This document shows, piece by piece, positions 21,345 through 33,300 of a stretch of DNA of 64,000 nt (within the stretch, counting starts at the first letter, position 1; each line of letters begins with the position of its first letter). This DNA is from Callorhinchus milii (Eukaryota): the NCBI RefSeq assembly GCF_018977255.1, contig NW_024704743.1:26042001-26106000 (forward strand). The letters are read 5' to 3'. The notes beneath the pieces were generated by a model. That model did not search any database and was not told where the DNA came from. It saw only the letters and a program-made list of their open reading frames with translations. Position numbers and translations under genes: made by a program.

Positions 21345-24300
21345 GTCAGTGAGAGGGGGCGGGAGAGGGAGGGACGGGGAGGGGGACGGGACAGGGGGAG
21401 AGGGAGGGTGAGGGAGAGGGAGGGACAGGGGGAGAGGGAGGGTGAGGGAGAGGGAGGGACAGGGGGAGAGGGAGGGAGGGAGAGGGAGGGACAGGGGGAG
21501 AGGGAGGGAGGGAGGGACAGGGAGGGAGGGGGAGAGGGACGGGGAGAGGGAGGGAGGGGGAGAGGGAGGGAGGGACAGGGAGAGAGGGACAGGGGGAGAG
21601 GGAGAGAGGGACAGGGAGAGAGGGACAGGGAGGGAGGGACAGGGAGAGAGGGAGGGACAGGGGGAGAGGGAGGGACAGGGGGAGAGGGAGGGAGGGACAG
21701 GGGGAGAGGGAGGGAGGGGGAGAGGGAGGGACAGGGGGAGAGGGAGGGAGGGACGGGGAGAGGGAGAGGGAAAGAGGGACGGAGATAACAGGGGGAGGGA
21801 AAGAGGGAGGGAGGGACAGGATGGGGAGGGAGGGAGGGAGGGACAAGGGGAGAGAAAGGTGGGAAGGGAAATGGGGGGAGGGAGGGAGGGAAAAGGGAGG
21901 AGAAAGGGGTGGAAGGAGCAGGACAGGACGGAGGGAGAAAAGAAAAGGGAGCGGAGGGCGGTGACCCTGCGTCGTCTCACACCAGTGGGCGGTGTGTTTC
22001 CATGTATTTTGAAAATAATGGCTGACCACGACGACGACAACAACGACAACAACAATCCTTGCGTTTGGCATCGGGGTTCTTTTGAGACGTCGCGCGGCGG
22101 ACCGTGAAGTCAGTGCTTCGTGGGCGAAGGGGCCGTCGGCGGTGGTCCCACGACCCGTCGTGGATCGAGCGAGCGATTCCTTATTTTTTTTGGGGGGTGG
22201 GGGGGGGCGCAAGGAATTATTACCCCCGTGGAGCAAAAACGTGGCGCCTCGGGGACCTCCTCCCGACGGGAAAGGCGCCGTGTGAATTGCAATTCGAAGG
22301 GTGAATGCTTCTGCCCCCCCCCCCACCCGCGGGGAGACAGGCAGTCACTCCGCTAACAAAGACTCCCATGTCGACCACAGGACCTGTCAGACCCTTTTTT
22401 ATAATAACAATAATCCTTTTGCATTTGATATAGCATCTTCTCACGTCTTTGAGACGTCTCGGAGCGCTTCACAGGCTGTGCCGTCAAGTGAATTGACTGT
22501 GTTTTGTGGGCAAAGCTTACCTCAGGCGAAATTCACCTCTCGAGCATTGTGGCAAACTCGCTCTTGGATCCCGTCTTCACAAAAAAGTTCTTAAGAATAA
22601 TTGTACTTGCCTGTCTCTAGCTATTTTAGGAAGCTCAAACGTATTGAGTAAAGTAATAATAATAATAATAATCCTTGCATTTGATATAGCGCTTTTCACG
22701 TCGGGAGGACGTCCCAAAGCGCTTCACAGAACACACTGTAAAGTGAATTGACTGTATATTTGTGGGTGAACACGGCAGCCAATTGCGCACAGCAATGTCC
22801 CACAAACAGTCGTTGATTGAAAATGACCAATTTATTATTGTTTTTGGTTTTGGAGGGATTATTATTAGGCTCTGTGTGGAGTAAGGAAACTTGCCCAAGG
22901 TTTCGCCCTCTGCCTGGAATTGAACTCAGGTCTCTCACTTGCAAAGCGAGTGCTCTAACCACTGAGCTACAGGACTCCAAAGTAATATAACACATGTCAC
23001 ATGGCAGTCTTTCTTATTGGCCTGGCTGAAAACCTGGGCCAATAGAAAATTGTGAAAATATTTGCTAAACATTGCAGGAGAATTTGACAAATTTTGCTGG
23101 AAAATGCTGGGGTGATGTTGAATGGTTCATTTTACTGCCAAGCGACATTTTTTCACTTTACTGATGCAACCTAAACGTGAAGAAATCGGACATTAAATTG
23201 GTGCAACAAAAAAATGAATGCTTTCATTAACAATAACTGGGTGGGCTGCTCGGGGGTGACAGCAACACAGACCCCAAGGGGCGAATGGTCAGTTTCCACC
23301 CCGCACTACATTTAAAGGCCTGGAGATCTGCCAAACACCCACATTACATTGCTTCCCAAGCTCGCCAGTGTCTTGACTGCGGGGCTCCAGGAGGTCAACA
23401 TTTCCTGACTCTCGGGACTGACACCGTGCACAGACACACGGAGAGACACACAGAAAGAGTGACACACACCCAATCACACACACAGACACTGAGAGACACA
23501 CAGACAGACATACAGAGAGAGATATATACTCACATAGATACACTTACAAACAGACACACGTACAATCTCAACAGTAGGGCCTGGGTTGAGCGAAGCCTAT
23601 TTCCCGCTCGCGCCGCACATGTGCTTCCAGAGCCGCTCTGCCCACAGTAGAGTCGAGTCCTGTAGCTCAGTGGTTAGAGCACTCGCCTCGCAAGTGAGAA
23701 ACCTGGGTTCGATTCCCAGCAGGCAAAACCTTGGGCAAGCTTTCTTACTCCACACGCCTGATAATAATCCCTCAAGAAAAAAAAAATAATAAATTGGATC
23801 ACTTCAATCCACGACTGTTTGTGGGACACTGCTGTGCTCAATTGGCTGCCACGTTTCGCTCACAAATATACAGTCAATTCACTTGACAGTATATTCCGTG
23901 AAGCGCATTGAGACGTTTAGAAGACGTCAAAAGCGCTATATCAAATGCAAGGATATTATTTTATTACTATAGTGTCGAGTAAATAGTCAATAGCAGCGCA
24001 CAGACCCCAGGGATCGGGCAGACTGCATTTTTAGAGATTTTTAGCAGATGAGGTTGTTTGTAGTGGATTCCGCAGAAAAATTGCAGCCGGACTTTTCTAT
24101 TGGCCCAGCCTAAAACCATTTAGAAATTACTTGTACAGAGTAAATTTAAACTATAATAACATAACAATACTGCTTGTGATTGATACAGCGCCTTATCAAG
24201 TCGGGAGGGAGTCTTGAAGCACTTCACAGTACACACTGCAGTGCATCGTTTTTTTTAAAAGGAATTGTTACCCCCAGAAAAGCGGTCCAACAGTTGACTA

Positions 24301-27300
24301 ACAACCAGGTTCATACTTACTGCTAGGTAAACAGAAGTGTGTGGAGTAAGGAAACTTGCCCAACATTTCCCCCTGGCAGGAATCGAACCCAGGTCTCTTG
24401 CTTACTCTAAACACAGAGTTAAGCCAGTAATTTGCAGGAATTTACTGTACTAGGAACATAGAAGCATAGAAATTAGGAGCAGGAGTAGGCCATTTGTCCC
24501 CTCGAGCCTGCCCCGCCATTCAATAAGATCATGGCTGATCTTCTAACGTAACTCCATCTGCCTGCCATATCCCCATATCCCTTAATCCCTCTCAGCTCCA
24601 AACACCTTCAATTTGTGATGTTGGCTGTGCCACCTGAGGAAGTGTTCAGCAAAGGGCAGGTACCAGTGGCAAGAAAAGGGAAAGGGTACACTGGTTATAC
24701 CGGCCTTTCCCCAAACAGATGGTAGCAGAATTGTAGTGATGGTAAACTAAGAAAAGGATCTATTTTCTTTCCCATCTTCCTGAGATTGACGGAGAATGCA
24801 CAATCACTACACCTGCAAACATATAATAAACCTTGCATACAAAAAACATGAACTACAATCAGATAACTAGCCCAAATGTAAACACCTGCTTTATTATTGG
24901 AGACGTTCTTGCTTGTGTATTAAGATTTTTTTTCTTTTTTTAAAACAGATTTCACTGATAAACCAACTGAAAAGCCACTTAAGCTAGTACTGAAGGTGGG
25001 AGGAAGTGAAGTCACTGAGCTCTCGGGCTCAGGACATGATTCTAGTTATTACGATGATCGATCAGACCATGACAGGGAGCGACACAAGGAAAAGAAAAAG
25101 AAGAAGAAAAAGAAGTCTGAGAAAGAAAAAGATAAACATATTTCAGATGAAGACCGTCGGAGGAGGAAGGCAAGTAGTCAAACTATTAATTAATTCTTCA
25201 CTTAGAGGTTCTTGAATTTTAGTGTTGGTACAGAAGGTATAGTATTAGAAATCTAACCTCAGTTTTACAAAGGTGGTTGCATGTCTGTGACACAGTAGAA
25301 AGGTCTGTTTTGCCATGAAATAAGTTGTGTATGCAAGCATCTTATTCTCCGACAAACAAACTATAGATTCCAACCCAGATCTTCAAGAGATGATGAACAA
25401 AGCAGTTTGTTTTAGAATCTCAGTGGCAGAATTGATCAGTAGTGTACACATGATCAATGCTTTTTTTAAATATTGTGGCTCAGGGGTCTTTACTTCCCCA
25501 CATCCAAGCCATGACCCGCTCTGCCTTCCCTCACCTCCTTAACATCACCCGACTCCGCCACTACCTCACCCCTCAGGTCGCTGAAACTCTTGTTCGTGCC
25601 TTCATCACCTCCAGGATCAACTATGCAAACTCCCTGCTTGTCGCCTTCCCAACTCCTCCCTCCACAGGCTGCAGATAATCCAGAACTCTGCAGCCCGTGT
25701 CCTCTCCCGCACCAAACTCCATGACCCCATCTCCCATTCTTGCCCAACTCCATTGGCTCCCTATCCTTCAGAGGATTCAGTTCAAGATCATGGTCCTCAC
25801 CTACAAAGCCCTCCATGGCCTCGCCCCACCCTACCTCTGGGATCTCCTAACCCCCTATCAACCTGCCCGCTCCCTCCGCTCGGCCCACTGCGTCCTGCTT
25901 CACGTCCCCCGACACACCCGCCCCACCATTGGAGGAAGAGCCTTCAGCCACTCTGCCCCCACCCTCTGGAATTCCATTCCCCAATCACTCCGTCTCGCCC
26001 CCTCCTTAGCCTCCTTCAAGTCCCGCCTCACAACCCTCCTCTTCAGCCATGCCATCAGTCACCCCCTTCTCCCCTCCCTTCTCCCTCCCTGACCCCAGCT
26101 TGGGTCTGAAATGCTGTACACTGTCCAGCGCTTTGGGACGTCCTCCCGACGTGAAAGGCACTATACAAATCTAATCTTGTTGTTGTTGTTAATGATAACG
26201 AGTTCCAAAGCCTTGGCAAGGAAGGGCAGGTTGGAAATGGGTCGGTAATTTGTGAGGTTGCAGGGATCAAGGATGAGGAGGGAAGTGACAGCGGTTTTAA
26301 GGGGGAGGAGAGCGCGACTGGTTGACTGTCGGCCAGCAGCAGAGAGAGGAGGGGGAGTTGGGTGACCAGCAACAGGGTGGGGAGGGGGTCTAGGCAGCAG
26401 GTGTTGGGCTTCATCTGGGAGATGGTGGTTGAGAGGAAGTAAAAGGGGCAAAGGAGTTTAGGAAACGGGGAATGGTAGAGTCTGTTGTGGAAGGAGGGGG
26501 TGATGTAGATGGTCTGGGAGGTGCGGAAGGGCACGTAAGGAAGGAGGATGCAGCCAAGTGGATATTTTCAATTTTTGACATGAAGAGTACTAGGATCTCT
26601 TTGCACTTGGTGTTTGAGGTGAGGATGGAGGGGTGAGTAGATGAGTTGATGGATGGTGGAGAACAGTGCCTTTGGGTTGTTTTTGGCCAACTCTGTTTTT
26701 GGCCAGAGATATCGACTTTACTCATTTTGAAGCTTATCCGCTATCTTCTGCTCACGAGATTCAAACAATTACGATGCCAGTACCGGGATTTGCCGGCATT
26801 TTTTCAGCACCGAAAAATACCAGTAAATGCTAGTATTGGCATTATAATTACACTTAGCTGGAAATTCTTGCTCGCCATACCGGATCTCCCCACTTCCCCA
26901 ATTGGTCCGACTGCAAGCGCTTTTAATGTATATGTTTTCTTTAACCTTTTGTGTGCGTGTGTGCGTGCAGTCCCAGAGGGTAATTAATGCCAAACAGGTT
27001 GCCAGGAAGTGTGGTTGAGGCCAGCATCGTCGATCATTTAAAAAGCATCTTGGTCTGTTATGGGAAGATGGTAGGGTGGGTATTCTGGAAGAATGGGATC
27101 AAATCGGTGAAGGGCCTTCTTCATCTGAACTAATCTTGTGATCTTTGCAGCCATCAATGGCTACATATGTTTCCCAAAAGAGAGACTGGTTGTGTTCAAT
27201 GCTAAATAAATACTCCTCAATTTTACTCAGTGGCGCAGGTTAACTCTTGTTTACCAATATATTTTGCAGTATTTAACGGTTAAACACTTCTCAACAGACA

Positions 27301-30300
27301 GACTTTTTCACAAACATATTTCACTAATGGAGGAATTAAGACATCTGTTTGTGACTGTTCTCAATAATCCTCAAATTGTCAAATGTCAGAAAATATTTGA
27401 GTTCTATTAATTGACTTCTAGGTCAGAAAATATAATCCAATATGTTAATGGTTAAATATTTTTGTATATTAAATCATCTCTGAAAACACATTTTTAACTG
27501 ATTACTCAGAGCCTCACAAAGTAATGTGCTTGGCATCATGTTGAATGTTGCCCAACGCATTCAGTTTGCATCTTTTAAGCACCACATCTGTCTTTTCTCC
27601 GTAATGGCTCAAAGGCAGTGACTAAATTTCATGTTGAGCCCATGTCCAGATTCAACATGGGCACTGTACAATATTCAACTACTATACATTTGCACCAGTT
27701 TGCTTGCTGACCTATTTGCTTGTTTGAAAATTCACAATTGATTGTGTCACCTTGTGGGAAGATTTTTCACTTTTCTGCGCACTGCATGTCTACTGAGCTA
27801 ACTATTTAACGTGTGTTCTCTAAGAGGGGAATCTGACTGGAAGGTGAAGTTTTACACAAGTTCATATTTGCAATGAAATTGCTAAAGGACTTCTTTTGCA
27901 TGTTGGCGATTTCTTGTTCTGTGGTTGCACAGGTTAAAATTAGAACCATTTCCGGCAGGTGGTGTTCACCAAATATCGTTCTAGTTGGATAGGTGCATCT
28001 AATGAAACGGCTGTGTGAGTACATTTTACTAATTAGACTGTATTCTAATAGGAAGAGAAGAAACGAAAGCGTGAAAAGGAACATGTCGACAGCGAAGCAG
28101 ATGCTGATGAATTTGACCCAGGAAAAAGGGTGGAAGTTGAGCCTCCTACAGATCGGCCAGTCAGATCATGTAGAACAAAAGAACACGGTAGAGAATCTGA
28201 TCATAATTTCTTTTAAGTTTTATCTCTCTTTGAGTGGACTGATTGTAGGCAATTATTAGGCAGGTTTGATATGAAGTGCACAACCCACCATCATTGACTT
28301 CAGCCACTACGCCCCTAAACTCTGGAATTCCCTGCCTCAATCCCTTGGCCTCGCCCTCTTGATCTTTAAATCTCACAAAAGTCACCACATATGGTCGCCG
28401 CCGTGTCCTTCTGCCTTGCTTGAAGTCTAACCCCGCACAGTGCTCCAAAACATTATCCTGCGTGAAGGGCGCTATATAAATCCAATTTGTTGTTGTAATT
28501 TATATAACTGGAAATATAGAAGGATCTGAATAGATTCAGGAGTTAGGCTGAAAATGACAACCGTAAACATGAACAGAATGATGAGATGAAGAAAGGAGAA
28601 TTAATATTGGAAATATAAACAAAATAATAGTCTGCACGGGGTGATACAATTGAGGGATTTTGGAGCATTAGTGGATAGATTGAAATTAATCTATTCAGTC
28701 ACACTCCCAAATTATTCATCTCTTCTCCCAACTTTACTGTGTTTTTTTGGGGAGCACTAGAATCTTAGTATTTGGTTAAGTTCTTCACTAATAAAACAAC
28801 TTTTTTCCTTTAAAAGTAGAAAATGAGAACACTCCACTGCAGCAATTGTTGGAGCATTTTTTGCGTCAGTTACAGAGGTAAGCTGTGTAATTATTTTTTG
28901 GGGGGATTTCGGTGTCTGACATTTAGGAAACAATCACCATGCTTAGGAGTATCTAAACTAGATAGAGTTCCATGCATGCCACCTACACATGAAAATTCCT
29001 GTGTTTGGATTAATAATAATAATTCTTGCATTTGGTATAGCACCTTTCATACTAAGAGAAAATCCCAAAGCGCTTTACAGGGTTTTAGTGTGAAATTGAG
29101 TCACTGTGTATTTGTGGGTGAATGAATGCAGTGTGCACTCTCTCCCAAGAGGGATGATTACTGCTTACCTAATTCTAGAGATTATCAAATTTTACCGCTC
29201 CGCCCTCGCCTCCTCTAAATTGTCGTTCTGCTCCAAGACAATCTTGGAAGCTAAGGACAACCCTAGGCTCCTCTTCTCCATCACCAACCAGTTCCTACGC
29301 CCATCCTCTCAAGCCTCGCCCATCCTCAATGCCAACTGCGAGGCGATGCTGGACTTCCTCAAAACCAAAGTCGAGAGGATCTGCTCAGCTGCCTCTGCCC
29401 TTCCATCTATTACCCCCTCCCCATCTACCCCTCACACCCCGGCCCTTACCCATCCCTCCCTCCACACCTTCGAACCTGTCTCCCACTCTTCTCTCACCAC
29501 CACTATAACCCACACGAAAACGACCACCTGCTCCCTCAACCCCATCCTACCCCTCTCCTTACCTCCCAGCTTCACCTTCTTACTCACAGCCATCATAAAC
29601 CATCCTACCCATAAGCCATCCTACCCCTCTCCTTACCTCCCAGCTTCACCTTCTTACTCACAGCCATCATAAACCTCTCCCTCTCCAGTGGCACCATTCC
29701 CACCCCTTTAAAACCGGAAGTCATCACTCCTATCCTTAAAAAAAACCTCCCTGGACCCATTCCTGCTCTCTAACTACCACCCCAACTTAAACCTCCCTTT
29801 GCTTTCCAAGGTCTTGGAACAAGTCATTGCTTCCCAGCTTCACTTCTTTCTCTCCTGCCACTCCCTTCATAAACCCCTCCACTGCTGCCTTCAATTCTGT
29901 TGATCACTCTATCCTTATCTACCGCCTCTCCTCTCACCTCAACCTTCATAGTTCTGTCCTTGAAGGTTTCAGATCGTACCTCTCACACCATCACCACTTC
30001 ATCTCCCCAAGTGTTTTCTCCTCTAGCCCCTGCACCATCTCATGCAGCGTTCCTCGGGGCTCTTGGTCCCGTCCTCTTCAATGTCTATATGCTCGCTCTT
30101 GGTGACATCATCTGCAGACATGGGGTCAACTTCCACATGTGTGTGAATGACACCCAACTATATCTCTCTGCCTCCAGCCTTGACTCCAGGACCACTGCTG
30201 TCCTGACAGAATCAAGTCCTGGATGAGAGTTAACTTTCTTCAGTTGAACGTCAACAATATCGAGGCTCTCCTGATTGGCTCCCGTCATCGCCTCTTCACC

Positions 30301-33300
30301 TCAGGCGCTGACAGCATCACCATCCAAGGATGCGACTCCACCTCACTAAGCCAGTCCAGAACCTTGGTGTCTTGTTTCACCCTCAATTATCCTTTCTACC
30401 GCACATCCATGACATGACCTGGTCTGCCTTCCCCCACCTCAGCAATATCTCCCGGTTCCGCCATTGTCTCACATTGCAGGCTGCCGAAACCCTCATACAC
30501 GCATTCATAACATCCAGGCTTGACTATGCAAACTTCCTGCTTGTCGGCCTCCCCACCTCCTCCCTCTGTAGGCTGCAGATCACCCAGAACTCTGCAGCCT
30601 GTGTCCTCTCCGGCACCAGGCTCCGTGATTCTATCACTCCCATCCTCGCCCGACTCCACTGGCTTCCCATCACATAGAGGATACAGTTCAAGATCCTGGT
30701 CCTCACCTTCAAAGCCCTCCGTGGCCTCGCTCCCTGCTACCTCTGTGACCTCCTACCCTTTACCAAACTGCCCACTGAGCAGGCTCCAGCCTGCTTCACG
30801 TCTCCCACCTCGCCTACCCCATCATTCGCAGCCAGGCCTTAAGCCACTCTGCCACCACTGCGGAACTCCATCCGCAGTCCCTCCACCTTGCCTCCTTCAA
30901 GACCCACCTCAAGATCATCCTCTTTGAAAGTGCTTTCAATCAGTCTCCTTCCGCCCCTGCCTTCCATCCTCCCCAATCCCGAACCCCACCTCAGGTCCGA
31001 AACACTGACTGTCCAGCGCCTGGGACATCCTCTCGGCCTGAATGGTGCTGTACAAATGTAATTTTGTTGTTGTAGAGTGTATTAGGCATAGGTTAGACTA
31101 GCCAAGGCTTGGAGATCTCAGAGTGTATGTTGAGGTATTGCTGGAACTTAATCAGCTAACAACACATAGATTTCCATTGAAAGCCCCATCTGGCAAGGTT
31201 TCTACTGATTGTCCAGCTAGGACAGGGTTTTAGCTTACAGGATTAATCTGAACTGATTGGTAATAAGACCTTCTCCCAGTGACTGGTCTGCCTCTCCGAG
31301 GCAATGTCCTGGAATACTATGGACCCGCCTGGCTCAGGAACCGATCTACCAAGAACGCCATAGAGGATTGACTTCACTCCGACATTTCATTGTGAAGCAT
31401 TTCACCCTGAAGCCAGTTGAGCTCCAAGGAGAACCCGTTAACCTTTCCTCCCTAACCCCCACCCCCGCATGGATTGTCACTATTTGATCATTCACATTCG
31501 ACAAGAGCCTGTTGAGACCTCACTAGATACATAGCAGGTACCAAGTCCTCCCTGCAAGCTTCCTGGTGAGCAGCTCAGTTCATACAGACAGATACTCTTT
31601 TTCAAATAGTTTTGTTTTACAGGATTATTTTGTGGCGCTCTATAATTATACACTTTCTTCAGTAGCTGTGGAGTGGAATTTTTAGGTAAAATAATAATAA
31701 TAATTCTTGCATTTGATACAGCACTTTTCACGTCTTCTAGACGTCTCAAAGCGCTTCACAGACTATACTGTAAAGTGAATTGACTATATTTGTGGGCGAA
31801 ATCCAGCAGCCAATTGCGTACAGCAGTGTCCCACAAACAGTTGTGGATTGAGTGACCAAATTCTTTTTATTTATTTTGAAGGAATTATTACCCCCAGAAA
31901 AGCGACCCGCCAATCGACTAACAGCCAGGTTCCTACTTACTGCTAGGAAAACAGAAGTGTGTGGAGTAAGGAAACTCGCCCAAATTTTCGCCCTGCCAGG
32001 AATCGAACCCAGGTCCTCTCGCTTGCGAGGCGAGTGCTCTAAACACTAAGCTACAGGACTCCACGTAATTTGCTACTATGGAAATACATTTTATTTCAAT
32101 AATTTGCGTATCATACCTTCCTGTTTTATGAAGTGAGTTAAGCCTTCTACCAAAATAACTCTTTTGTAGTCCAAGAATGATCAGATATGTCAGGAGATGG
32201 AGGGAAAAGGAAGATTGCAAACTGGAGTTTACATTGATGGTTAATGCTTTAAATAATGTTTTTCTTCTTCTCAGGAAAGACCCTCATGGATTCTTTGCAT
32301 TTCCTGTGACGGATAGCATTGCACCTGGCTATTCAATGATAATAAAACATCCAATGGATTTCAGCACCATGAAGGATAAAATCTTGACAAATGATTACAA
32401 TTCCATCACAGAATTCAAGGTAGAGATAATATCTAAGACTCTTGTTGAGTACGGAGAGTGTATTGTTTGTCATATGATGAAGCATGTATTGATCGTGCAC
32501 TTTGTCTCCATGTTTGCTCAGCAAACTAGATTTTTTAAATTATACAGTTCCAACATTAATACATTTTAAGCTACCTTTTGTTTTTTTTCCTCCTTTAATT
32601 GGAGGCTGAGAAAAGATTTAAAAAGATTAGGATTTTTCGTTCTTCACCAGGTTTCCTGTGTTAGATTTATTGTGGGGATACATGCTTAAAAGTATCAAAC
32701 CGAATTGAGAGCTTTGTGCATCCCACCCGTCCATGGAAATTCCACAGATATTTGTTGGGATGGAATGCGCACTCCTTCCCTCTCTCTTGCAATGGAGAGA
32801 ACTGTTTGGCCAGCCTACCCCTGCTTGTCCAACTAGAACCACCCTTCCCATTAGGGCTTTGACTTGCAGGAGCCGAGTGGGATGATTCCCTGCCCCTAGT
32901 GAGTAGTCTGGCCTTCCAAGTCTTGCTGATGAGTCAGCCTGAAATAATGCGGACCCGCCTGGCTGAAGAACCAAACTGCTGAGACCGCCACAGAGGGGTG
33001 GCTCAATTCTTACATTCCGTTGTCAAACATGACACCTTGGGGCAGTTCAGGTCGAAGGAGACCCTGCTTGTTCAGATCAGTTGCAGAGGGTTTTAACTCT
33101 GCTTGTCTCTACTGAGTTTTAATTCCAGTAATACTTAAACATTTGAAAATTGTCTGTTTTTCAAGAGGAAGATCTGACTTATGATACAAACTTGCACTCA
33201 AATATAGAAAGGGAAATGAAAGGCTGCCTTGCTGATTGAAAGCAGAATTAGAATTTCCTCGAACAGAGTTGTATTCTAATGCATAAAGTAGACGTAAAGT

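Larger units (their letters stand above)
20430..21350. promoter_or_regulatory. CpG island / bidirectional TRIP13-BRD9 promoter
   Basis: Very GC- and CpG-rich and located between divergent genes. Motifs: three ATTGG (CCAAT) boxes at 20804, 20872 and 20920; GC boxes; CRE-like TACGTCA 20656; NRF1-like GCGCTTGCGC 21045; ETS/GABP CGGAAGTG 21202. No TATA box seen. Confidence 0.88.

Noticed and set aside
20500..22326. Long ORFs of 200-326 aa on both strands around the promoter
   Set aside because: They are by-products of GC-rich and GGGA low-complexity sequence lacking stop codons; the translations are low-complexity.
32926..32945. CTGATGA-N8-GAAA hammerhead-like spacing
   Set aside because: There is no proper stem II and no flanking stems, and the motif is absent from the homologous copy at ~31290.
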